A stretch of 42,143 nucleotides of DNA from an uncultured Candidatus Saccharibacteria bacterium (GTDB lineage Bacteria > Patescibacteriota > Minisyncoccia > Phycocordibacterales > WO2-35-19): positions 1 to 42,143 of the forward strand of contig CAZFHL010000003.1 in NCBI GenBank assembly GCA_964519145.1. Direction: 5' to 3'. The first letter of the stretch is position 1. Each line of letters opens with the position of its first letter. The position numbers were made by a program, and so were the translations under genes. A model generated the notes under the pieces. The model searched no databases. It was not told the DNA's origin and saw nothing but the letters and a program-made list of their open reading frames with translations. This document shows, one piece after another, positions 24,544 to 33,928 of the stretch.

Positions 24544-26724
24544 ATGGATGATAAAAATAAAAATGATATAACATATTTTGCAGAAACAGATGCAAGAAAC
24601 AAAAAAATTAAATTTGGTATAAGGGCTGAAGATCGTCTTCGTCATTTTTATTCTATTGGAAAAACAGGTATGGGTAAATCTACTTTGCTTGAAAATATGG
24701 CTATTCAAGATATTCAAAATGGTGAAGGGATGGCTTTTCTTGACCCCCATGGCAAGACAGCTGATTTACTTCTTGATTATATCCCAGAACACAGAATAAA
24801 AGATTTAATATATTTTGCTCCTTTTGATATAGAAAATCCAATCTCTTTTAATGTGATGGAAGATGTGGGGGCAGATAGGAGGCATTTGGTTGTTTCTGGT
24901 CTTATGAGTGCTTTTGAAAAAATATGGGTAGACGCTTGGAGCGCTAGAATGGCATACATTTTGCAAAACACTTTAGCGGCTTTGCTTGAATACCCTGGAG
25001 CTACGATGCTTGGAATAAATAGAATGTTGTCTGACAAAATTTATCGTCAAAAAGTGGTAGATAATGTAAAAGATTCAACCACAAGATCCTTTTGGGTAGA
25101 TGAATTTGCAAAATATACAGAAAGATTTGCAGCTGAAGCAACTCCCGCTATTCAAAATAAAGTAGGGCAGTTTACCTCAAATCCACTTATTAGAAATATC
25201 ATAGGTCAAGCTAGATCTTCTTTTGATATAAGAAAAATAATGGATGAAAAAAAGATTTTAATAGTAAACCTTTCTAAAGGTTTGGTGGGGGAGAATAATG
25301 CAAATCTTTTGGGTTCAATGATTGTAACTAAAATATATTTGGCCGCCATGAGTAGAGCAGACGCTTCTCCCGCTGAATTAAAAAGATTACCAAATTTTTA
25401 TTTATATGTAGACGAGTTTCAATCTTTTGCTAACAAAAGTTTTGCCGATATTTTATCAGAAGCTCGTAAATATAAACTGTCTCTAAATATTACTCACCAA
25501 TATATTGAACAAATGGCAGAAGAGGTGAGAGCGGCCGTTTTTGGAAACGTTGGTACTATGGTTACTTTTAGGGTAGGTTCTTATGATGCTGAACTTTTAG
25601 AAAAAGAATTTGCGCCAGTTTTTACAATGGAAGATATTGTGAACCTTGGTTTTGCTCAGATATATTTACGATTAATGATAAATGGTGTTGCTTCACAACC
25701 TTTTTCAGCAACCACACTTGCTCCTATTTCAAAACCAGAAAAAGTTTTTAGAGAGGAGGCTCTTAAATATTCAAGACAAACATATTCTCATAATAAAACA
25801 GAAGTAGAGCAATCTATAAAAGATTGGTATTTGCCTGATACAAAAAATATAGATACCACAAAAGGTGATGCAAACAATAAATCTGCAAAAGAGGTTCCAA
25901 AAAGGGATTTTAAAGATGCTCCAAGGGGTTTAAACCCTGATGCCTATAAACATGTAGTGGATTCGTTTAAAGGTAAAGATATAGTTAAAAATGATGCAAA
26001 AGTAGAAGATAAACCAATTTCTGAAAGTATTGATAAAATTGAAAATCCTGTGGTTAAAAAAGAGCCAACTATTAGAGATCAAATAAATATAAATATTGAT
26101 AAACAAAAAGTTTTTACTAATCCTCAAAATGTTCCAAATAAACCACCAATATCTCTATCTGTTTTAAATGAAGATAAAAATAAAAACAAAAATGCTAAGC
26201 CAGAAAGTGTAAATGCGCTAAGAGATGCTCTTTTAAAAATACAGAGTAAAGATGGGGCTGTTAGTCCTGAAAATAAAAAAGAGACTACTTCAAATAATGT
26301 GGCCATACAAGACTTAAAAGATAAAATAAGTCAAAGCAAGATAGAGACGCCAAAAATAGAATATAAACCAGTTGAGCCTGTACAAATTAAAGAAATAGAT
26401 ATTCAAAATAAAAATTCTTTTGAAGATAAAAAAAGCCCTGAGAAATCAGAAAGTCCTAAAATAGATTTACCAAAAATAGAGGTTCTAAAAAAACCAGATA
26501 TAGTTAGTACTCCTCTTGATAAGGAGAAAAATAAAGTTGTACAACAAGAGCCTGTTCAAATTATTAGACCAAGTATTCCTGTAGAAAAAATATCTATAGA
26601 TACTCAAACTAAAGTTCCAGAAAATCCACCAAAGAAAGATGAAAGTTTTAATTCAAACACTTTTATTAAAACAAAGGAGATACCAGAAGATTTGTTGAGA
26701 AAAGTTTTAAACGGAGAAAATTAA
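24544..26724 (+). CDS. TraD/VirD4-like (type IV coupling protein-like) P-loop ATPase with a long Lys/Pro/Glu-rich C-terminal tail
   Basis: Walker A IGKTGMGKSTLL, Walker B-like FYLYVDEFQSFA, and LNITHQYIEQM. No N-terminal TM segment. The last ~300 aa are low complexity. Confidence 0.65.
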   Translation: MDDKNKNDITYFAETDARNKKIKFGIRAEDRLRHFYSIGKTGMGKSTLLENMAIQDIQNGEGMAFLDPHGKTADLLLDYIPEHRIKDLIYFAPFDIENPISFNVMEDVGADRRHLVVSGLMSAFEKIWVDAWSARMAYILQNTLAALLEYPGATMLGINRMLSDKIYRQKVVDNVKDSTTRSFWVDEFAKYTERFAAEATPAIQNKVGQFTSNPLIRNIIGQARSSFDIRKIMDEKKILIVNLSKGLVGENNANLLGSMIVTKIYLAAMSRADASPAELKRLPNFYLYVDEFQSFANKSFADILSEARKYKLSLNITHQYIEQMAEEVRAAVFGNVGTMVTFRVGSYDAELLEKEFAPVFTMEDIVNLGFAQIYLRLMINGVASQPFSATTLAPISKPEKVFREEALKYSRQTYSHNKTEVEQSIKDWYLPDTKNIDTTKGDANNKSAKEVPKRDFKDAPRGLNPDAYKHVVDSFKGKDIVKNDAKVEDKPISESIDKIENPVVKKEPTIRDQININIDKQKVFTNPQNVPNKPPISLSVLNEDKNKNKNAKPESVNALRDALLKIQSKDGAVSPENKKETTSNNVAIQDLKDKISQSKIETPKIEYKPVEPVQIKEIDIQNKNSFEDKKSPEKSESPKIDLPKIEVLKKPDIVSTPLDKEKNKVVQQEPVQIIRPSIPVEKISIDTQTKVPENPPKKDESFNSNTFIKTKEIPEDLLRKVLNGEN

Positions 26725-26770
26725 TACGTTGGATTTTTTTTAAATGAATAATTTACTTGCATAGCCTGCT

Positions 26771-26995
26771 GAGAGGTACTAGTATTCCTGTGCACTGATA
26801 TTAAATCTCTTTCAAAAGTCTTTCTTAGTATAGTTTTTGATAGACACACATAAAAATCTGCTGATTTTTTGCTATGCTCGGTTCAGTCAACCTTGCGCAA
26901 GTCTATCAAAAACTACACTTGCGACGACTTTTGAAAGAGGCCATCTTTTTGCTAAAAAATTCCTGCGAAGCTGTTTCAGTCAAACTCGCTAGGCT
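26771..26995. repeat. degenerate E3-type element split by insertion of E1 copy 2
   Basis: ggtactagtattcctgtgcac (26775-26795) matches the E3 arm ggtactagtatttctgtgcac. After the E1 insert, taaaaaattcctgcgaagc...caaactcgctagg (26951-26992) aligns with the reverse complement of the E3 apical region (gaaaaattcctcgtgctcgc...gagactcgcaagg). Confidence 0.55.
26810..26936 (-). repeat. 127-nt two-stem palindromic element, copy 2 (type E1, inverted relative to copy 1)
   Basis: Reverse complement of 20067-20193 apart from about 6 substitutions, clustered in gctcggttcag versus ggtcggtagag. Its own outer stem tttcaaaagtc/gacttttgaaa is perfect. Confidence 0.85.
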
Positions 26996-27071
26996 TCAAA
27001 AAGGTATGATTTCAACGAGTTTTGTAATTCACATACTTCTCTTATTTGTCTTTTTTTGATAATATCTTTTT

Positions 27072-28226
27072 ATGAATAACAAAAAGAAAGTTCTTATCTT
27101 TGCAACATCTTACTATCCTTTTATGGCAGGGGCGGAAGTAGCAATAAAAGAAATCACAGACAGAATTAATGACATAGATTTTTATATGATAACAGGGAGA
27201 TTTGATAAAAATTTATCTTCTGTAGAAAATTTTGGAAATATAAAAATATATAGAGTTGGTTTTGGTATAAAAATGTTAGACAAATTACTTTTGCCTTTTT
27301 TGGGAGCTTTGTATGCTATTTATTTAAATTATAAATATCACTTTTCTTGTTATTTATGTGTCATGGTGTCTTTTGCAAGTGGGGCTGCATATATTGCTAA
27401 TATCTTAAATTTTTGGTCAAAAGTCCCTATAATTTTAAACATACAAGAAGGGGATAGTGAAGAATATCTGAAAAGCAAATGGTGTGGACTCCTTAATTTT
27501 TCTTGGAACCTCTCAATAAAAAGATCTAAAAAAATAATAGTTTTAAGTGAATACTTAAAGAATAAAGTTTTGTCCTTTAAACACAATATACCAATTCTGA
27601 TAATTCCAAACGGAGTGGATATTTTAAATTTTGATATAGAGATAAATCAATCTGAAAGAAATAAAATCAGAGAAGAATTTGGAGTTAATGAAAATGATCT
27701 ATTAATGATAACAGTTTCAAGATTGAACATAAAAAATGGTTTAGAGTATGTTATAAAAGCTTTAAGTAAATTAGATAAAAGGATTAAATTTTTGATTTGT
27801 GGTTCTGGAGAATTAGAAAATGGTTTAAAAAATTTAGCAAAAGAACTTGGGGTTTTAGACAGAGTGATTTTTAAAGGTTTTGTGTCACATAAAGAAATTC
27901 CAAAATATTTAAAATCCTCAGATATTTTTATAAGACCATCTCTCTCTGAAGGTTTTGGCAATTCTTTTATTGAAGCTTTTGTGGCTAAAATTCCAGTGAT
28001 AGCAACTCCTGTTGGAGGTATAGTAGATTTTTTATTTGATGGTTCTGATATTTCAAAAAACACTGGTTATTTTTGTAAACCAAAAGATTATCAAAGTATA
28101 GTTTACACAGTAAATAGAGTCATTGAAGATAAATATGTAAATAAAAGAATAAATAATGCTTATGATTTGGCTAAAAATAAATATAATTTTGATTCAATAG
28201 CAAAAGAGTTTAGGGATAGTTTATAA
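27072..28226 (+). CDS. glycosyltransferase family 4
   Basis: YYPFMAGAEVAIKEI near the N-terminus and the C-terminal block RPSLSEGFGNSFIEAFVAKIPVIATPVGGIVDF. Confidence 0.75.
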   Translation: MNNKKKVLIFATSYYPFMAGAEVAIKEITDRINDIDFYMITGRFDKNLSSVENFGNIKIYRVGFGIKMLDKLLLPFLGALYAIYLNYKYHFSCYLCVMVSFASGAAYIANILNFWSKVPIILNIQEGDSEEYLKSKWCGLLNFSWNLSIKRSKKIIVLSEYLKNKVLSFKHNIPILIIPNGVDILNFDIEINQSERNKIREEFGVNENDLLMITVSRLNIKNGLEYVIKALSKLDKRIKFLICGSGELENGLKNLAKELGVLDRVIFKGFVSHKEIPKYLKSSDIFIRPSLSEGFGNSFIEAFVAKIPVIATPVGGIVDFLFDGSDISKNTGYFCKPKDYQSIVYTVNRVIEDKYVNKRINNAYDLAKNKYNFDSIAKEFRDSL

Positions 28227-28336
28227 ACTTTAGAACAAAAATATCTTAAGTTTTTTCAATAATTGTTTGACTTATTCTTTTTTTAATTTATCATCTGTAT
28301 CAGACACTGAGTCTGAATAAAAACAATGGAGAGTTC

Positions 28337-29368
28337 ATGGAAACGGTACTTGTGACTGGAGCGGCTGGATTTATAGGAAGGTCGCTTGTTAAGCAACTAT
28401 TAGATGATCAGTATAAAGTTATAGGTTTAGATAATCTTTCTTTTTCAAATAAAGATCAATTATTTGAACATAAAAATATGGAGTGGGTGTATGGTGATAC
28501 TAGGGATTTCCACTTAGTTTCAAGATTAGTTTCTAGATCGGATAGAATAATTCATCTTGCCGCACCATCATCTTTTATAATGCATGTTGAAAATGATTTG
28601 GATGCTTGCAATTTTACTATGATGGGTTTTAAAACCATCATGGAAGCATTGAAATTGCATAAGAAAAAGAAGATTGTTTGGGCATCAACATCCGCTGTTT
28701 ATGAAGAATGGGCCCGTAAACCAAGAGTTCCTTTTAGAGAAGATTTACCTATTAATCCACCAGATTCCAAAGCTGGATGTAAACATTGGTGTGAACTCGA
28801 AGCAGAGAGGTATTCTAACAGAGAAGGTATAGTCTCTGTGGCGTTTAGACCATTTTCAGTTTATGGGGTTGGAGAACATACAAAAGGGGGCTATGCAAAC
28901 GTTACATCTTTGTTTACTTGGACAATGATGGAAGGTTTAAATCCTGTAGTATGGTCTCCTGGTACACAGACAAGAGATTTGATTTTTGTAGATGATGCAG
29001 CCAGAGCATTTAAGATGGCAATGGAAGATGATAGTTTAAAAACAGGAGTTTTTAATTTGGGTTTTGGCGTCGAACATGCATTTATTGAAATTATTGAACT
29101 AATTGCCCAAAAACTTTTGGTAGATCCTCATGATTTTAACATTGAACTTGTTGAGGTTCCTATAGATATATATGCTCAAAGATTGTGGTCCGATAACACT
29201 AAATTGAGACAAGTGTTAAAATTTGAACCAAAAATTGACTTAGGAAAAGGTATTGAGATGATCATAGAGGCAACAAAGAGGTTGCCGGCTGATTTGAGGG
29301 CAAAACTTGCCAAAGATCAGTATTATTTCAGAAAGTTAGAACCTAGAAAAATGGTCCCTTTGCTCTAG
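28337..29368 (+). CDS. NAD-dependent epimerase/dehydratase-family (extended SDR) protein, atypical active-site region
   Basis: Rossmann motif VTGAAGFIGRSL. The segment expected to hold P-Y-x-x-S-K reads INPPDSKAGCKHWCE, with no Tyr. Confidence 0.7.
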   Translation: METVLVTGAAGFIGRSLVKQLLDDQYKVIGLDNLSFSNKDQLFEHKNMEWVYGDTRDFHLVSRLVSRSDRIIHLAAPSSFIMHVENDLDACNFTMMGFKTIMEALKLHKKKKIVWASTSAVYEEWARKPRVPFREDLPINPPDSKAGCKHWCELEAERYSNREGIVSVAFRPFSVYGVGEHTKGGYANVTSLFTWTMMEGLNPVVWSPGTQTRDLIFVDDAARAFKMAMEDDSLKTGVFNLGFGVEHAFIEIIELIAQKLLVDPHDFNIELVEVPIDIYAQRLWSDNTKLRQVLKFEPKIDLGKGIEMIIEATKRLPADLRAKLAKDQYYFRKLEPRKMVPLL

Positions 29369-29395
29369 TTCTTTTATAAGATTTGTATGATATTT

Positions 29396-29431
29396 AGCCC
29401 TAAAATATACTTTTAGGGCTTTATTTTTTTT
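29396..29431 (+). terminator. intrinsic terminator
   Basis: agccctaaaa-tatac-ttttagggct followed by ttatttttttt. Confidence 0.8.
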
Positions 29432-29454
29432 GTTAAAAATGGCAATATGTATTT

Positions 29455-30615
29455 ATGCGTATTTTGATGTATAGTCCAATATTTCCTCCAATAATAGGTG
29501 GCCCAGCTACGCAATGTTTTAATCTTTGCAAAGCACTTGTGTCTAAAGGGGAGATTCCTATCGTTGTTACCTATGGCCCTAATTTTGCTTTAACAAAAAA
29601 AGATGGATTCAGTCTATACCATTTTAGGACAAGATATACTCATACATTTTTAGATAAGTTTTTGAGGTGGGTTATTTTTCCTTTTTATATTCTTTATATT
29701 TTAAAAAAAGAAAGAATAGATATATTGCATTGTCATAGTGTGAGTGCTGGCTCATTTATTTCTGCGGTTATTGCTAGAATTTTAAATATTCCAAGTATAA
29801 TAAAATTTGCAGGCGATTGGGTTTGGGAAACATTGTCTACATATAAATTAAAAGCCAAAAATTTTGATGAAATGTATAATACATCTGTGATTGCTAGATT
29901 TATGGTAATGGTTGAAAAGATTGGTTTAAATCAGTTTAATAAAATTTGGGTTGTCTCTGATTTTAGAAGGAAAAATATTGTAGATTTAGTGGGTAGTGAT
30001 AAAAAAATAATTCAAATAAATAATTGTCTTCTGTTGGAAGATGTCGGATATAGAAAATTAAATGAATCTGATCAGATAACTGTAATATCAGCAAATAGGT
30101 ATATACCCCATAAAAGGATTCCTTTTATGGTGGAGGTTTTTGCTGAAGCTAATATACCAAATAGTAAATTAGTTTTAATAGGAGGAGGTTCTAAACAAGA
30201 AGAGGATTCTGTCAAAAATACAATTCTAAAATTTAATATGAAAGATAGAGTGATTATGAAAGGAGTTTTGTCTTTAGAAGAAGTTTATAATGAGTTTAAA
30301 AAAGCTTCTTTCTACATATCTACTTCTATAGAAGAAGGTATGCCAAATGTTTTTATAGAAGCAATGAACTATGGTTTGCCAATTATAACTTCAGATGCAG
30401 GTGGCTCAAAAGAAATAGTCTTGCATAATAAAACAGGTTTTGTGGTAGATGTTTATGATAAAGAAGATTTCATTTCTAAAATAAAAAAATTAAGTTTAGA
30501 TATTGGCCTTAGGAAAGAAATGTCAGATTCTTCTTATGAAAGGTCTAAAAAATTTAATTTAAATATAAGAATAAATGATTTTATAAATATTTATCGAGAT
30601 TTATTAAAGAAATGA
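29455..30615 (+). CDS. glycosyltransferase family 4
   Basis: PPIIGGPATQCFNL near the N-terminus and the C-terminal block STSIEEGMPNVFIEAMNYGLPIITSDAGGSKEIV. Confidence 0.75.
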   Translation: MRILMYSPIFPPIIGGPATQCFNLCKALVSKGEIPIVVTYGPNFALTKKDGFSLYHFRTRYTHTFLDKFLRWVIFPFYILYILKKERIDILHCHSVSAGSFISAVIARILNIPSIIKFAGDWVWETLSTYKLKAKNFDEMYNTSVIARFMVMVEKIGLNQFNKIWVVSDFRRKNIVDLVGSDKKIIQINNCLLLEDVGYRKLNESDQITVISANRYIPHKRIPFMVEVFAEANIPNSKLVLIGGGSKQEEDSVKNTILKFNMKDRVIMKGVLSLEEVYNEFKKASFYISTSIEEGMPNVFIEAMNYGLPIITSDAGGSKEIVLHNKTGFVVDVYDKEDFISKIKKLSLDIGLRKEMSDSSYERSKKFNLNIRINDFINIYRDLLKK

Positions 30616-32171
30616 ATATAATTGATTTTGGTAGCGATAAAAAAATATTTGAAAATAATTCAAAAGTTAGATTGAGAAAGATTGAATATGGAAAATTATT
30701 TGATTTTTTAGATATATTAATTTTTTCTAGAAGATCTAATGGAACACAAAAGACAGATAATATAAGCTTAAATGTGAATGCATATTCAATTAGTTATAAA
30801 AATATATTTAAGATTTTTTATAATAGTCTTAAAAAGATTAGTGAAATAATTAAGAAAAATAATGGAAAAACTATAATCTCAACTCAAGATCCATTTGAGT
30901 CTGGGTTTGTGGGATTGTGCACCAAAATATTTTATGGCATTCCTCTTCATATTCAACTCCATACAGATTTTATAAACAAAAATTTTATATTTTCTTCCAT
31001 TTTAAACTTTATCAGATTTATTTTAGGTCACATAACAATACCTTTTGCTGATTCAGTCAGAGTGGTTTCTTTAAGATCTAAAAATAATATTTCTGATCTG
31101 AATGATGAAATAGATATTTTACCAATATATACAGAGATAGAAGACAAAATAAATTTTGTTAGAAATTTTGAACAAAAAGATAAATTAGTTTTTATAACCG
31201 TTGCTAGATTGGAACAAGAAAAAGATATAGAAACTTCTATTTATGCTTTTAAAAAGTTTATAGATAATGGAAGAAAAGGGTTTTTTAACATAGTAGGAGA
31301 TGGAAGCTTAAAAGATAAACTCGTGTATTTGGTCAAAAAATTGAATTTAGAAGGCAAGGTAAATTTTTTAGGTTGGCAAAATGATACATCGAAATTTTTT
31401 GAAGAGGCAGATATTTATATTTGCAATTCAATTTTTGAAGGTTATGGTATGTCTTTGATAGAGGCAGGTGCTTATGGACTCCCTATTATTTCTACAAATG
31501 TTGGTATTGTTGGAGATATTTTTATTCAGCATTCTGATATTTATAAATCTAGTTGTTTGGTTATAAATAAAAATAATATTGAAGATTGCTCAAATAAAAT
31601 GATTTTACTTTCAGATGATTTATTTTTAAGAAAAAGTTTGGGATTAAATAGTAGGGAATCAGTGAAGAACTCTTTTCATTCAAAAGAGGATTATTTAATA
31701 AATTATAAAAAAAATATAGAAAAGTCGTTGGATACAAAAATTTCTAAGTATTTCTTAAAAAGACTGTTAGATTTTCTTTTTGCTGTTTTAAATCATAATA
31801 AAATTTTGAGGTTTATTTTGGTCGGAGGTTTTGTGGCTTTGACTCAAATTTATTTGCTTTATTTTCTGACAGAAGCCATTGGTTTTTGGTATCTAATGTC
31901 ATCTATTTTATCTTTTATATATGCATGTATTGCAAGTTTTGTTTTACAAAAATACTGGGCGTTTAGAGATAAAAATAAAAAAAATATAATTAGCCAATTT
32001 ATTAAATTTATAATAGTGGCATTGATTGGTATCAGTATAAATACAGGGTCTATGTATTTATGGGTTGAAATAATTGGTATTTGGTATGTTTTAGCCCAAT
32101 TTATAACAGGCTTTATTGTAGCAATTATAAATTTTATGATTTATAAGTTTTTTATATTTAAAAAAATATGA
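30612..32171 (+). CDS. glycosyltransferase family 4 fused to a C-terminal GtrA-like 4-TM domain
   Basis: GT4 block NSIFEGYGMSLIEAGAYGLPIISTNVGIVGDI, then LRFILVGGFVALTQIYLLYFL...QKYWAFRD...YKFFIF, typical of GtrA-family membrane domains. Confidence 0.7.
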   Translation: MNIIDFGSDKKIFENNSKVRLRKIEYGKLFDFLDILIFSRRSNGTQKTDNISLNVNAYSISYKNIFKIFYNSLKKISEIIKKNNGKTIISTQDPFESGFVGLCTKIFYGIPLHIQLHTDFINKNFIFSSILNFIRFILGHITIPFADSVRVVSLRSKNNISDLNDEIDILPIYTEIEDKINFVRNFEQKDKLVFITVARLEQEKDIETSIYAFKKFIDNGRKGFFNIVGDGSLKDKLVYLVKKLNLEGKVNFLGWQNDTSKFFEEADIYICNSIFEGYGMSLIEAGAYGLPIISTNVGIVGDIFIQHSDIYKSSCLVINKNNIEDCSNKMILLSDDLFLRKSLGLNSRESVKNSFHSKEDYLINYKKNIEKSLDTKISKYFLKRLLDFLFAVLNHNKILRFILVGGFVALTQIYLLYFLTEAIGFWYLMSSILSFIYACIASFVLQKYWAFRDKNKKNIISQFIKFIIVALIGISINTGSMYLWVEIIGIWYVLAQFITGFIVAIINFMIYKFFIFKKI

Positions 32172-33217
32172 ATCTATTAATTATAACTCAAAAGGTAGAT
32201 AAAGATGATGGTATATTGGGTTTTTTTCATAAATGGATTTTAGAATTATCTATAAATTTTGATAAAGTGTCTGTTGTGTGTTTGGAAAAAGGAAATTTTG
32301 ATTTAATAAAAAATACCAAATTATTTTCTTTGGGCAAAGAAGAGGATTTAGGATTTTTTAGAAAAATAATTTATATATTGAGATTTTATAAATACATATT
32401 TAGTGAGATAAATAATTATGACAAAGTCTTTGTCCATATGAATGAGGAATACATCATTTTAGGTGGTATTTTTTGGAAGATTTTTGGTAAAAAAATATAC
32501 TTTTGGAGAAATCATCCAAATGGAAGTATTTTTACTTATATAGCCATTTGGTTTTCAAATAGAGTTTTTGCTACTTCTTCTTTCTGTTTCTCTGCAAAAT
32601 TTAGAAAAACAAAAATAATGCCTGCAGGTATTGATACAAACAGGTTTAATTTAGAGAATAAAGAAAATAAAAAAATATCAAAGAAAATTCTTTTTTTGAG
32701 CAGAATGTCTGAAATTAAAAGACCAGATTTATTGATAGATGTTTTAGATTATTTAAATAAAAAAAATATAAATTTTGAGGCCAATTTTTATGGAGATCCG
32801 TTAATAAAAGATATTTCATATTATGAAAATTTAAAAGAGAAAGTTCGAGATTATAAATTAGAATCAAAGATTTTATTTCATAAAGGCGTCTCAAATGATC
32901 AAACACCAGAAATATATAAAGAACATAAAATATTTATAAATTTAACTCCTGACGGTAGTTTTGATAAAACTATTTTAGAATCTCTTTTTTGTGGGTGTGT
33001 ACCTTTGGTAATTAATAAAACATTGGTAAATGTATTGGACAATGATATGATTTTTCAATCTAGTGATTTATTTGAAATTGCCGATAAAATAACATTTTGG
33101 CTAAATATAGATGAAAATCAATTTAATTTAAGGTGGCGAAAGGTTTTTGAATTTGCACTTGAAAAACACAGCTTAAATGCTTTAATGAAAGAGTTATGTA
33201 TAGAAATAAAAAGATAA
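32168..33217 (+). CDS. glycosyltransferase (GT-B type, divergent)
   Basis: 349-aa ORF coupled to its neighbours by ATGA overlap. The C-terminal half (ILFLSRMSEIKRPDLL..., ESLFCGCVPLV) resembles a GT1/GT4 nucleotide-sugar domain. Confidence 0.5.
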   Translation: MNLLIITQKVDKDDGILGFFHKWILELSINFDKVSVVCLEKGNFDLIKNTKLFSLGKEEDLGFFRKIIYILRFYKYIFSEINNYDKVFVHMNEEYIILGGIFWKIFGKKIYFWRNHPNGSIFTYIAIWFSNRVFATSSFCFSAKFRKTKIMPAGIDTNRFNLENKENKKISKKILFLSRMSEIKRPDLLIDVLDYLNKKNINFEANFYGDPLIKDISYYENLKEKVRDYKLESKILFHKGVSNDQTPEIYKEHKIFINLTPDGSFDKTILESLFCGCVPLVINKTLVNVLDNDMIFQSSDLFEIADKITFWLNIDENQFNLRWRKVFEFALEKHSLNALMKELCIEIKR

Positions 33218-33927
33218 GCGTTGTAATACCTACGTATAACGAATCAATGAGTATAAAGTCTGTAATAGATGATTTTTTTAGTACAGGTGTTGTTGATGAA
33301 GTGATTGCGGTAGATAATAATGCTTTGGGAAATACCGAAGAAGAAATAAAAAAGACTAAAGCTGTATATATAAAAGAGAGTAAAAATCAGGGTTATGGTT
33401 TTGCGATAATGAGAGGTTTGCTTGAATCAACAGGTGATTTGATTGTCATGTGTGAAGCCGATGGCACATTTAAACCAGATGATATTCATAAATTTTTAGC
33501 ATATAGTGATGATTTTGATGCTGTTTTGGGTACTAGGACTTCTAGGGCAGCTATTTGGTCTGGAGCTTTTATGCCATTTCCAGTTAGATTTGGTAATTGG
33601 GCATGGGCAAAATTGATCGAAGTGTTTTTTAACGGGCCAGTTTTGTCAGATGTTGGTTGTACTTATAAACTTATTTCTAAAGAAATTTTAGATAAAATAA
33701 AAAAATTTTTCCCTTTCTCAGATGGTGATGGTAAATTTTCTCCAGAGCTTATGATTTGGCTTATAAAAATAAATTCAAATTTGATTGAAATTCCTATTAT
33801 TTATAAACAAAGGATCGGTAAATCAATGTATACAGGTAGTATAAAGAAAGCTTTTATTTTAGGTATGAGAATGCTTGTAATGATATTTCTTTATAAATTG
33901 AAAATTAAAATACTAAAAGATAATTAA
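33196..33927 (+). CDS. glycosyltransferase family 2 (polyprenyl-phosphate glycosyltransferase type)
   Basis: ISVVIPTYNES, AVDNNALGNT, QGYGFAIMRG and CEADGTF (DxD-type) motifs. Confidence 0.8.
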   Translation: MYRNKKISVVIPTYNESMSIKSVIDDFFSTGVVDEVIAVDNNALGNTEEEIKKTKAVYIKESKNQGYGFAIMRGLLESTGDLIVMCEADGTFKPDDIHKFLAYSDDFDAVLGTRTSRAAIWSGAFMPFPVRFGNWAWAKLIEVFFNGPVLSDVGCTYKLISKEILDKIKKFFPFSDGDGKFSPELMIWLIKINSNLIEIPIIYKQRIGKSMYTGSIKKAFILGMRMLVMIFLYKLKIKILKDN

Positions 33928-33928
33928 A

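Noticed and set aside
20067-26936. E1/E3 hairpins as integron attC sites (cassette array)
   Set aside because: The two-stem-plus-internal-loop layout and 3'-of-gene position are reminiscent of attC. However, I see no GTTRRRY/RYYYAAC R-box ends and no intI integrase, and the adjacent genes have their own promoters. The idea is not supported, though it is kept as a loose analogy in the finding.
26874-27059. Track ORF 26874..27059 (61 aa)
   Set aside because: It starts inside E1 copy 2 and runs through the degenerate E3-like sequence. It has no RBS and is most likely a chance ORF in repeat DNA.
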